A DNA stretch of 54,851 nucleotides, the filler included, from Bipalium vagum (taxonomy: Eukaryota), in assembly GCA_037834085.1 (NCBI GenBank). It is 3 parts of 3 records of this genome, joined end to end, with 100 filler letters (N's around TTAATTAATTAA, not from the genome) between each part and the next. Parts side by side here need not be neighbours in the genome. Positions count along the whole stretch, not along the records: positions 37,645 to 54,851 come from JBBMKC010074407.1; 2 more parts are not named here. The stretch is one strand, 5' to 3'. Made by a program: the position numbers and the translations under genes. The notes beneath the pieces were generated by a model. The model ran no database searches. It saw only the letters and a list, made by a program, of their open reading frames with translations, and had not been told where the DNA came from. Positions 38,733 to 50,259 of this stretch are shown here, in pieces. Within the stretch, counting starts at the first letter, position 1. Each line of letters starts with the position of its first letter.

Positions 38733-39390
38733 TATTAGGTTAAAGTTCGTGGAAAAATTTTAAATTATTTTTATTAAAATATCGATTTTAGAATTTATTT
38801 TTGTTGTAAAAAATAATATGTATAATAATCAATTTATTTATAATTTATTTTGATTTTATAAATTATATTTGTTGAAAAATGTCTTATATTGGTTACAAGA
38901 TTACAAAATTCGAGATTTTGGTGTTGTTACATCACTACTGGAAGAAAGGATTGACAATAAGATATTCTACTGAAAAAATCAATAAAATTGAACGCGAAAA
39001 GACAATCGGGAAAACTGCTGCAGACAAGTGATTCAATCGTTTCAATGAAGGCAACTTTGATTTGGAAGACAGCCGTTATTCTGGACGACCTACTGTTTTA
39101 GACAAAAGTGACTTGTAAGGTGCTTTGGATGCGGAACCCTCTGGAAGCACTTGCGACTTAGAGACTGTACTTGGAGTTTCCCACATGACAGTATGGAAAA
39201 GACTGCACAAACATGATTTTGTTCACAAGAATCCGCGACAAGATCCACATAACAAGCCAACAAGCGAGTTAAAATTTGCCATTAATTGCTTAACTTTACA
39301 TTGGACGATGGATTATGGAAGCAAACTGTGACGTCGGACGAGAAATGGGTGTATTTAGTCAACGATATTCGAGACTAGCGATGGGTTTAG
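38733..39390 (+). mobile_element. Mariner 5' half (TIR, HTH domains, first catalytic D)
   Basis: TIR-like TATTAGGTTAAAGTT; ILVLLHHYWKKG...FNRFNEGNFDLEDSRYSGRP...LGVSHMTVWKRLH; KQTVTSDEKWVYLVN. Confidence 0.8.
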
Positions 39391-40195
39391 ATTGCCAATG
39401 GTCATGAAAAAACAAATTTCACAGTTATGCTTTACGTGACTGCAGATGGTAATAAACTGCCACCATTAGTAATCTTCAAAAGGAAGACATTCTCCAATAA
39501 AGAAAAATTTCCAACTGGAATTATTGTTAAAGTGATTCCAAAGGGCTGAGTTAATTTTGAAATTATGAAACAATGGATACATGAAGTTTGGGAAGGAAGA
39601 CCTAGTTCCTTTTTTAATCTAAAGTCTTTGCTTATTCTTAATTCTGCTATAGTTCATCTAACTGATGAAGTTAAGAACAATGTTAAATGTTGTTCACAAC
39701 AAGCACTGATTCCAGGAGTTCTAACCAAAGTTTTACAATCTTTAAATATTTCAGTGAATCGCTACCTTAAATCAAAATTGCGTGAGAGGTGGAGTAGATG
39801 GATGTCAGATGAAACTCATTCATTTACAAAAAGTGAAGCAATGAAAAGAACTGCCAATGGATTGTTGACTCATAGAATGAAGTGACAGTTGACTACATCA
39901 AAGGTGATTTTTTATAAAACTCGCCTTTTACCACCACCCGACGGTATTGAAATGGATTCATTTAGTGGATCAACCGAGGAGGAATTTAATGGTTTTGAAT
40001 AAACTTTATTTGTTTATTTCTATTATTTTGCATATCTTATTGACTATATGTGTAATGTTTGTTTTTTATCATAAGTCACATGTTTTGATTTGTTTAAAAT
40101 TTTTAATAAAACTCTAGATATGTCGCAATCAATTTTATTTTAAAAATTGTTTTTTTGTAAGATCGGCCACGTTATATATACGGGATTATACGGTA
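39391..40195 (+). mobile_element. pogo/Tc2-like (DDE_1) transposon 3' half
   Basis: GHEKTNFTVMLYVTADGNKLPPLVIFKRK, LLILNSAIVH, IPGVLTKVLQSLNISVNRYLK; terminal ATATACGGGATTATACGG|TA is a reversed CCGTA-type TIR. Confidence 0.85.
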
Positions 40196-40378
40196 ATAAT
40201 TATTTTCAATAAATATAATAATAATTATAATATTATTATTATTTATTAATAAAATAATTGCATTTCTCAATTATTATTTTACATAAATAATATTACTCAC
40301 AATATATAAAATAATGAACATTTATGAAAATAAAAAAAATTCTTCTCTAGTATATTTTTAATTAATTTTTTGATTAAC

Positions 40379-43133
40379 CTGGAAAGTAATGACACGGTGT
40401 TCTGAAATCTCATCAATTCTTCCGTTAATCTGCGATCGAGAATTTTTTGAGCCACAACTTTATTATGGAAACTAATTTTTTTGTAATTTTATTAAAATTT
40501 TCAATCACAAATTACTCTTTGATAATTTCAGGGACTTTGACGAAAATATTTCGATATCGCTGTCTGATATTGGATAACAGTTCTCCCCGCTCAATACAAT
40601 CAATGGTAGTCTGTTTTATACAAATACAGAAATCCTTTAAGCCACAATTTATCCCTTCTTACTTCTTTTATAACTTCATGAAATATTATATTGTACAAAT
40701 CTTGTTCCTTTTTTACAAAAAACAATAATTTATGCAAAGACGTCGGCAGGTCAAGCTCTATGGAATCGTTCAAGCCACCTTTTTGTAAAATGTCGCAAAG
40801 ACTGTGATAAATTCTGCTGGATTTTTCATTTATATTTGGAATCCTAATTTAGAATATTATTATTTATTAAAATATATTTTCTTTTACATTAGCGGCAGCG
40901 ATATTTTGTGATTATTATGATCAATCGGTTTGGTGGAATATATTCTAAATTTCATAATTCGCTGAAAAATGCAAAGAAATTTTTACTCATCGTAAAACTG
41001 GATGGGCTTCGTTCCTTGATGAATGGCCAGTGTCAGTTCCGAAGTGAGAATCATTTCTGGTATTTTAATAGCCTTTAAGAAAAATTATAATTAAAAATAA
41101 AAATCAGAATTATTTTAATGGATTTATATATTATTAATAATAAAAAAAATAATAAAAAAAGTAATAATAATAATAATAAATTTAAATATCTCAAAAACAA
41201 GATGACAGAAAAATTATAAATGAATAATAAATAAGAACAAAAATTACGATAGAGTGAATTTATTTATAGACTATTTAAATATTCTTTTATTATTTTTATA
41301 CTTTATAATTTATGTTTATTACAAGATTCATGTTTTTAATGGAAAATATATGTAAATGGATCAACCATATCTAACGCGACTGGCGCCAATGACTTTAAAA
41401 TAAGTAATCATGAAATAATTTTAGACGTTATTTATTACTATTAATAATAAATATTATATTATGTTTACTATTTACTTTATTTATTTTGAATTTCATCAAA
41501 TAAATGTACAAAAAATCAATTTGAAAAAAATTGATTAATTTTGTTTATTTATTGTTGTTTGTCAACTTAAAAAATAGTGTCATCTTCGAAAATTCGAAAA
41601 TAGAACATACAACCTTTTAGACATTATCGGTCGGTCATCCAATTTTGATGATGAATAATTGATCGTGAAAAAGGACGGTCGTGAAACAGCAATCCAATGA
41701 CAATAAAATGGGTGTTATAAAAAACTGGGTGCTCCTGTGTTGTATCAGTTGAACGAAAATATTAAAGCCATTAAAATCTTTCATCTTAAAATCTTGATAG
41801 ACACAGAGCACAAGTGGCTATAAGAAACAGTTTCTTCATCGAATCATCATGAGAGAAGAGAAATTATATTTGTATACAGGTTTGAAACATAGGAAGGGGT
41901 AGTTGGATCCAACTTGTACAGTAACGTCCAAAATTTTAAAAAGATTTGCATCCAAAGAAAATCATGATCTCTATTTGATGTAATTTGGTTGTTTTCAACA
42001 ATGTGAAATGATCCATAAAAACCAGACAGTATAAATTTGCCACGCTCATTCTTTAGTATGATAACGCAAAACAGCATACAGCAAATATTGTCAAAATCAT
42101 CCTCCTTATTCTTCAAACCTTACGCGAACATATTTCTATCTTTACACTCGCTTTATAACCAAATGAAAGAAATACTTTTGAAAAGGAGCACCACCTTGAA
42201 AAGTGGTTGATAAATTTCTTTTTGGTAGATCTAGTGATTTTAGTAATAAAGGTTTCGAAAAAATGGTTGAAAAGCAGAGTGTTCTAAATATTAAACGAGC
42301 TGATATTAACCGAGTTCGACTGTAATAAAGGAAATTATATTATCGATTTATTTTTTATTATTATTTGAAAATAAATGTTTCATTGATTATAAATCTATAT
42401 TATTCAAAATAGCGAAAAATTAAGTTACAACCCAAAACTTCCATCATTAAATACTTCGAAACATCACATACATTTATCACAAAATTAATATTTTTATTGA
42501 AAATAAAAACTCAATGTTGCAAAGTAATATTTACTAATAATAAAATTATATTTATATTGAAATTATCAATAGATAAGTCATGCTCATATAGTAATCACAA
42601 ATTATCAGAATTTACATGAAAAAATAATCTAATATTAATTTTATAATTTTTACATAAATCGTCAGCCGAAAATGAGGAATATTTTCAAAATAATATAAAG
42701 ATTAAAACAAAAACCGTCTTTTCTTCAATTTTTTTATTTCTCTTTCGTTGTTTTTTCCCATCAATATTTCCAATTCCTGCTCCTTTTTCTGTGAAAGAGT
42801 TGGGTAGATTATCATACAGAAATGATAAATCACTTATATAATGTATTATTAATATAAAAATAATAAATATAAATACTCTCCGGTGCCGCAAATACAAATA
42901 GGATTATTTGAAATATGCTTGAATTTTTCTCTTTGTTTAGAGCTTGTCCATAAATTTGATACTTTTCCTTCATACAGAGATTTCACGGTGTCAGTAGATG
43001 ACTGAATATTTGTCAAAACCTCGTTTGGTAAAAAGGCTGATACATTGTTTAAAGTTTTCCTTGGTATTATTTCTTTTAAAGTTAATAGTGGAAGTCTCGG
43101 TTTAATTGAAGCACTGGGAAATAACTGTTCCAT
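40379..43133 (-). CDS. AXDND1: Axonemal dynein light chain domain-containing protein 1-like, 5' part (7 exons, 3'-incomplete)
   Basis: Exons 43133-42877, 42832-42715, 41072-40987, 40944-40888, 40843-40663, 40610-40516, 40471-40379; all GT-AG, phase-consistent, no stop. Segments LWTSSKQREKFKHISNNPICICGTGDDLSFLYD, PTSLHKLLFFVKKEQDLYNIIFHEVIKE, TTIDCIERGELLSNIRQRY and LDRRLTEEL match my recollection of vertebrate AXDND1. Confidence 0.85.
41540..42324. mobile_element. Mariner debris plus a Tigger/pogo-type TIR in AXDND1 intron 2
   Basis: Mariner-like fragments on plus; terminal GATATTAACCGAGTTCGACTG|TA at ~42302-42324 is a reversed CAGTCGAACTCGG TIR. Confidence 0.5.
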
Positions 43134-43549
43134 TGAAAGAAAACTAACAAAATGTAATAATAAATATATTATTCATTATAAGATTTGAAATTGATTCGCT
43201 TGATGTAGTCATGATATCATATTTAAACAATTGTATTTTATAAACTACTTTGAATTAAATGATATTTAAAATTTATCATTTAAAAAAAAAGAACTTTTAC
43301 GAAGCTAATTTTTTAAGTTAAACTTTTTTTTTAAAGAGAAATTTAATTTTATATTAAATTTCATAATTAGTTTTCACTAAATTTAATTCAAATATCATTT
43401 TTAAAAAAACTTAGAATTTGACAGTATTTACGTTGCTCTTATCATGTTATTTAACAAGTAAAACTAAATAAAAATTTAATGGTAATACTAACCAGTTTAT
43501 CACTTATATTAAAATCATTTTAAAGATAAAATGTTTAAATTTCTCAGTG

Positions 43550-44340
43550 TACGAGGTGATCCGGAAAATTCTGTGGATTTTTAAAAATATATAAAAAAAC
43601 CCAACGGGCTTTTAAATTTTATTTAGCAAAATATTCTCCATTATGATTAATTACTCATCTCCATCGGACTGAGAGTTCTAAAATGATTCTTAATATAATT
43701 CCATGGGATTTTTGTAGAAGTTATGTAATTGTTTTTGATGGCCTCCAATGAATCCAGCTTCCTCCCAATTAATTAATTTTGGAGGGATAAAAATTGTTAT
43801 TTGAAGTTACACGGTCAGATGAATATAAGAGTTGATTTATAAGATACCATTTATAATCCAGAATATTTTACCTCACAAACATTGAAACGTGCAGTCTGGC
43901 ATTATTATGACATAAGACAAAGTACAGGCAGTAATATCTTTCGTGAATGAAACAAAACCTTGGACTTTCAGTTGCCTCATTCCAGGACATATTTCTCGTG
44001 AAATTATCATATTTTATCAATTTCTTATCTTCTCTTATAATCTTATTTTAAATAGGTAGATATTTTTTTGCACTGAAAATCCCAGAGCAATTCGATTCTC
44101 TTTACTTAATTTATGGAGAAATCAAATATCGTAGCGTATATAATCGTGAATGGTACGTAGTTTAAAAAATATTTCTGCCAATTTTGAAACATTCAAGTGA
44201 GGATTATGAAAAAATAGCATCTTCTGCAAATACCATCACCCCCACCAGAAGGGAGTCTAGAAAAGACATTTTCCAGATTATATTTCTGTTCTTTGAATTT
44301 CAGAAACCATTGTCGAATTTCTTACAAAACCTTTTTCATT
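43550..44340 (-). mobile_element. Highly degenerate mariner
   Basis: TIR-like TACGAGGTGATCCGGAAAATTC at 43550; minus-strand HNNARLH (cf. HDNARPH). Confidence 0.5.
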
Positions 44341-45257
44341 GAGTTCACAAAATTTATTTGTAGGAATTTAAACATTTTTACTCTTTTTAAAATTAAATAC
44401 AAATGTTTCTCTTTTCATATGATCCATGTAAAACAGCGATTACAAAGTTCATTTTTAATAACATGAAGTCTTTCACCATCAACTTGACGTGCTGTAACCA
44501 TGGAATGATTTAGCAGTTTAAAGAATCTCAAGAACGACTCTTGAACTTCTCTCCACTCTATAAGATACAAATCTTCTTCTTGTTGTTTACTGTATTGTTC
44601 CGTCAACTGATTTAAATAGTCTCCTGGAATATTTCTTCTCATTGTGACAATACCATTTGTATTTGCATAGTGCAAGAACTCATTTGAAAATTACTATATT
44701 CAACTGCGCTAGTGCTGATTATGTTTTCTCAACGCACAAATTGACCTAGTCGATCTCGGCCTTCTGTAGGAAACCTTAACTTAGTCCATTATAACCTTTT
44801 TTTGATCATCGCAATTTTATATTTTCTATTTTAATTCTGTTTCATTTCTTAGTTTTATTAAATAACAGTTTTGCATTTTTTGTAATATTTATTTTTCTAA
44901 TATTTAATTTTATTAACTTTAAATTATTGCGTAATTATTACAATAATAGAATAAAATTATATTAAATATTATTTTCAATTTAATATATAATTTATACAAC
45001 AATTAATTTTTAAAAAATATTAATATAATTTATTAAAAAATTAATTTAGTAATTAATATTAAATTATTTAAATAATAAAGTAAGAAGAAAAAGAAAACAA
45101 CTATCTATAATAATAAAATATTTATTTAAATTATTTCAAAAAAACATTTTCATTGCTCTGCTCAATATGTTGCCATTAAAATTTTGAAAGAATCACATTG
45201 GTTTTATTTATGATTGAAGATTTTGAGTTATCTTGAAAGTTTGTTGTTAAGAGTATT

Positions 45258-45421
45258 GACATTATCCATTTCGACCAAAGGATCCATGTTAAGCTTTCCT
45301 AATTAGGAAAGAAAGCCGTGACGGTCTATTTCGTGATATGGACTTTATCCATTTCCTCCTAAGTATCCATATTTTGCTTTCCTAATTTGGACTGGAAGCC
45401 GAAACGGTCTATTTTGTGATA
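45258..45421. repeat. Diverged tandem duplication, 83-bp period, 2 copies, in the putative cdc25 3' UTR
   Basis: ACGGTCTATT occurs at 45321 and 45404; TTATCCATTTC, ATCCAT and GCTTTCCTAATT recur at the same 83-nt offset. Confidence 0.9.
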
Positions 45422-45481
45422 TCCCCCTCAAGTTGGATAATATCTTCAATCATTAACTGGGATTAAACTAATATCATTATT

Positions 45482-46979
45482 CTAATTTCTTCCTATTACG
45501 GGGTGTGACAAAAACAGATTGACGATGTCTTCATTTTTCTTGGATGCTTTTAATATTGCTTGAAATCTCTTTTCAGATTCGTGAACTTGGTGAATGTAAA
45601 TCTTTTCTCTTTTACATTTACCACTGTCTATTTTTGTTGAACTGGTCATTGTAATGTATGAATCTGCTTTAGACACCTTCATCTTCACATATCCATGAGG
45701 AATACAAAACTCCTGTCAATTGATTCAATAAAAATAGAGCATCTCCATTAATTAAAAAAACATACCGGATACGTTTCATAAAAGTCCTTATATCCTCCGT
45801 GGAGAATATAAATATTTGGTATGAAAAGACCTGAATCGCCACAATGGGCTAATCGGTCCAACATCCGAAGACTCTGGGCTCTATATCAAATGTTAAAAAA
45901 ATTTAATTAAAGAGAAAATGTCTAATGTATAGTCAATATGATTATCTCATAATGGTTGTAGACCTTATTGGATAATGAAACTCTTACAAATTTGGCGCAC
46001 GATAACTGCTGTATTCGCAGTAAAAGATGTAGATTCTCTGATCTTTCTTCAAATGCTTTCTTACTGCATTAAAGTCGTACTCTCCTTCAGAATCATCTGA
46101 GAAAGGTTTTTGTACGCCAAAAAATGTCTGCACCAATTGTTGGCAAGTGTAAACGTTCACCGAATTTAATATATGTCCTCCTGAATATTCGTATGGAAAT
46201 CGACAATCAAAAATTGTTATATTATTTTTCAGAGTCGGATTTCCTGATAGAAGATTGGTGAGAGTCGATGGTGATATTTGTGGGATCATAATATCCTTCG
46301 TTGATTCTGAGATGATTGGGAGCGAATATCCCTGTGTGATGGAAGTTGCAGATGAATAGCAACGATCTTTAATCTGTTTATTTAATCATTAATGAACCAA
46401 AATAAAAATGTCCTTTTTACCTTTGATATTTCTTCTGTTAAATTCTCATAAGCCATTTTATCAAAATTGTTATATAAACTGGAAACGCTATCTTCATCGT
46501 TTGATGTTGATGCAAATGACAAGAAGCTTTCATTTTCGAATCCAGAATCCAAGGAATCATCACTGCTATGGAGATCGTTCTTCGCACAATTTCTATTTTT
46601 CAGTCGCTCAACCTTTGATAATTAGTATTGATGGAAATATTCCAAAGAAAAGAAAATAAAATCACTTACATCGAAAAGTGGTTTTGATAAAACATGTTCG
46701 TTTATATGTAAACGATCAGGATCTGGATCAGAGAGATCAAACGGATTAAAAAATTCCGTTCGCCGTTTATCAAGAGTGTTTTGTTTTCTGAATGAATATT
46801 TTAATTAATTAATATTACCTCATATCAAAGATATTCATTAAGGTATTAAAGTGATAAACCTACCTTTCTCGAGCTACTTCTGCAACAGCCTTCTTCCAAT
46901 TTTCCGCTTTATTTTTACAATATTTATATTTTAATATGCTAAGTTTTTTGGTAAAACTTTTGAATCTCTGAATTATCAT
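45482..46979 (-). CDS. CDC25: Cdc25 M-phase inducer phosphatase (rhodanese-fold dual-specificity phosphatase), 6 exons, 385 aa
   Basis: Exons 46979-46864, 46787-46670, 46612-46421, 46373-45988, 45880-45766, 45712-45482; GT-AG, phase-consistent, 1158 nt. Motifs: IFDCRFPYEYSGGHI, FYCEYSSYRAP (CX5R), LRMLDR, PNIYILHGGYKDFY, FCIPHGYVKM. AATAAA on minus at 45203-45208. The start codon is less certain than the catalytic exons. Confidence 0.92.
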
Positions 46980-47799
46980 TTTGTAATGAAACTCACAAAT
47001 ATTTATATTACAAGCTTTTTTCTAATATATTAAAACGACTTATTTGACAATTTTTTGCATTTATTTTATAATTTTTTTTAAAACTATTTAAAAAAAATCG
47101 ACCAATCAAATCGCAGATTTTTCATATTACTATTTTTGTATTTTTTATTATAATTTATTACGTTATTAAAGGGGATTGGTTTTGATCTTATAACAACAGA
47201 GTGGTCATTTAAAACAATCACTTTCCAAAACCCTTTTTGCTCTTTCTTCCCTTTTATTTGTGATAGAAAGAACATGTTACAACCTCAGACTCTAACATTT
47301 TTGAATAACCTTTTAATCATAAAATATTTGGAAAAATTTGTTCGGAAAATTACGATTTTAAATTTTATAAAAGGACCAAATGAAAGTGAAAGTATAAAGT
47401 AAACTTGTTTCATTTCGAAATTTTCATTTTAAAAGTTTTATAAAAATTTTCAAAATTTATCAATCAACCTTTTGTTTTGTTGCCACCTTTAATAAAATAT
47501 TAATAAAAAATTGGTTCTGTATAAATCACAATCATAATTTCACATTTTCTGTACAATAATAAAAATCTACGGAAAATGAAAAGCTTTAATGCGAAATAAG
47601 AATTTATTAAATACGAATTGTGTAATTGTACGAATTTTTATAAGATGTAATTTGGATGTTAATCCTTTCTAAGTTTTTTTCTGAAGAACATCTGGTTAAT
47701 GTGCTTTGGAAGTAGCTTTAGAGTTTATCTCCTAAAACCTTTCGTTTATCACCGACAGCATAAGCAATTTACCACTTTTGCCAAGTTTAACTTATCAAA

Positions 47800-48546
47800 A
47801 AACATTAGGGTAGGAAAGGAAAAGAATATTTTCAAAGTTATTAAACGTTGTGTTTGCTTTAAATATTTCCACTGTATTATTACGTTGCGCAGTATGAAAT
47901 GTCCGTTTAAATATCATATGTCCTTTTTATATGAGTGGAAAATGGAACAATACTCAAGAAGCTACTAGGTACATTAATTATTCATTTAGCAAAGATTCCG
48001 CTAACGCATATACCAAATGTCGTTGGTTTGACAAATTTAAATCCGGTGATCTAAACATGACAAACAGTCACCGGAGAGGGCCTAACACCGACATTGTTGA
48101 TAAGGAATTACAAGTAGCAGTTGAACTGCATTCGAGACGATCCATTCGCGAAATGTCAAAACAATTTTATGTTTGTGCCAGAATGAACTCAACTTATTTA
48201 AAAGCCATTGATAAAGTAAAAAAGAAGGAATAATAGGTACCACATTTATTGAACAATTCTCAAAAAATTAATCATTTGGAAATTTGGAAATCATTAAAAA
48301 TCATGAAAAAGATCCAATAAATCCATTTTTCGCAGACCATGAATGTGTAAAAAAATCTACTCGGACTTTATCAATTCTAGAGACGAAGATTTTTAAGTAA
48401 ATAGAATCAGGAAACGTGTATCCCTTGAAGAAGTGTTGCACAGCTAATGGCGTATATTTTACTTTAATAAAAATTATTTATTGGTACTTTTTTTCAATTT
48501 TAAAAATTATTATGAAATCAGAAATTTCATACCGCACAACTTGATA
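47800..48546 (+). mobile_element. Internally deleted mariner
   Basis: EATRYINYSF...RWFDKFKSGDLNM..SHRRG, AIDKVKKKE**VPHL; the terminal AAATTTCATACCGCACAACTTGATA resembles the TIR of the 11286-12537 element. Confidence 0.7.
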
Positions 48547-48576
48547 AATGGTTTTTGAGATTTCTACTTTTACTTA

Positions 48577-49720
48577 CAGTATGAGTCATATTATTATAAC
48601 CTTTGTATTTCTTCATGCTTTTTCTAATTTATCTTAACCTATATATATATAAATATATAATCTATTTTGTGAACAGTATTTCTTGTTGATCAAAAGTTTA
48701 GCGTGAAAAAGAATAATTAAAAATTAAAACTATATCGTTTTAAAGTTTTAATAGTTTTAATGAACAATTAAGAATATTTTCATCTAGTAGAATATATGGC
48801 CACCTTTAGCATCTATCACTTGCTGCTAACTCTTGGGCATTCTGTCAATAGATCTGTGGAGCATCTCATAAAAAATTTTCATTATGGAATTAGATCTTGT
48901 GGATGCTGCTGATAAGATCCTTCTTTATTGGATGAGTCAACTCGTGCAGATTACTCTACATAATGTCAGAGATATTTTCATATGTGTTCAGATCCAGAGA
49001 ATTTAATGGTCAGGATAGGATATTAACTTTGTCGTTAAACAAAAAAGTTGGGAACTTAGGGTTTATGACAGGGCGCGGAATCATGCATGAATATGCAGTC
49101 CAAAGTTGATCTGAACCAGTTTTTGAGCTGTGAAAACATTTGTGTTCCCATGTCATCTAGATATTGTATCTTGCTCATAATGATTTCACCTACATAAAGA
49201 CACCCAGGCTTTTAGAGATGATAACGGTTCACAATATGTTCTTGACTCGATACTTAACGGTTTCTGTCACCAGTGGTGGACTACCCGGTGTTTGCCAAAT
49301 GTGTTTCTTGCTAGTTGATTGACACTCGAATATAAATTCATCACTGAAGCACATCTTCCTCCAGAAATCAATGAATTTACTAGCAAACTTAATACTCTTG
49401 ACTTTCTTAGTTTTAGTATAAAGACTTACATCCAAATTCATTGAGACCACGCTGTACTGTGCGTAGTAACATTCCCTCCCGCTCTACTAATTGTCCTTTG
49501 ACCTGATTAGCTGCCAGCATCTTGTCTTGTCTTCTCACGTGGATCATAGCAAGACCATTTTGAACTTATGTCTTCCATTTTGAGCCACATCTGCTGAATC
49601 TAGATTTCGTAAATCCTCTCTTGATTTTGAGTACACTTGAATGATGGATATAGCATTGGGTAACTATCTATCTTGTAACTATCTCTCTAGCCTGTGCCGT
49701 AATAATATCTGAAATTGGCC
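48577..49720 (-). mobile_element. Degenerate Tc1 (DD34E) element
   Basis: TIR TA|CAGTATGAGTC; FWRKMCFSDEFIFE, SPDLN-like region and terminal QQVIDAKGGHIY. Confidence 0.7.
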
Positions 49721-50259
49721 AACAGTAATAGTTTAAATCTTTAAATTAAATAAATTCTTAAAATTCAAATCAGATATTAGAATGAATTTTACATAAGAAA
49801 ATAAGACGTAAATGAAAAAGAGATGTAAAATAGATAACCTGTTTTTAATATTTTCATTATTTCTTTTTATTTCCATCTTTGTTTGGAACGTAGGAAATAT
49901 TTTTAAACTATTTTTACATAATAAAGGAAGTTTAGTCTTAATTCTATATGATTTATAATGTAATGGTCAGGTTTTTGTTCTTGTTTCAATTAAAAAGTAC
50001 CATTGTAAAAATTTTGTATTTAAAACACATGATGCAAATATTTAGGAAGATTTAAACAAACCTTAACTACCTGCACCGCATAGTAAAATTTATTACTATT
50101 ATTATTAAAAAGTATTATTTATTAAATGATAATAATAAGTTGTAAAATGATCAGTTAAAATTATATACAACTTACTACTAATAAAAATAAAGTTAATAAA
50201 TAGATTAAGATGAAAGCACAATATGAAATTAAATATTAATTATGTTTTAATTATTAGCC

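Noticed and set aside
44415-44800. 86-aa minus-strand ORF between AXDND1 and CDC25
   Set aside because: No recognisable motif, non-ATG start, and stops upstream; probably TE debris.
45240-45430. YHKIDRFGF / YHEIDRHGFL peptides in the cdc25 downstream repeat, reminiscent of the DRFGF motif in TBC proteins
   Set aside because: The 83-bp period breaks the frame and stops follow; too short to support a coding call.
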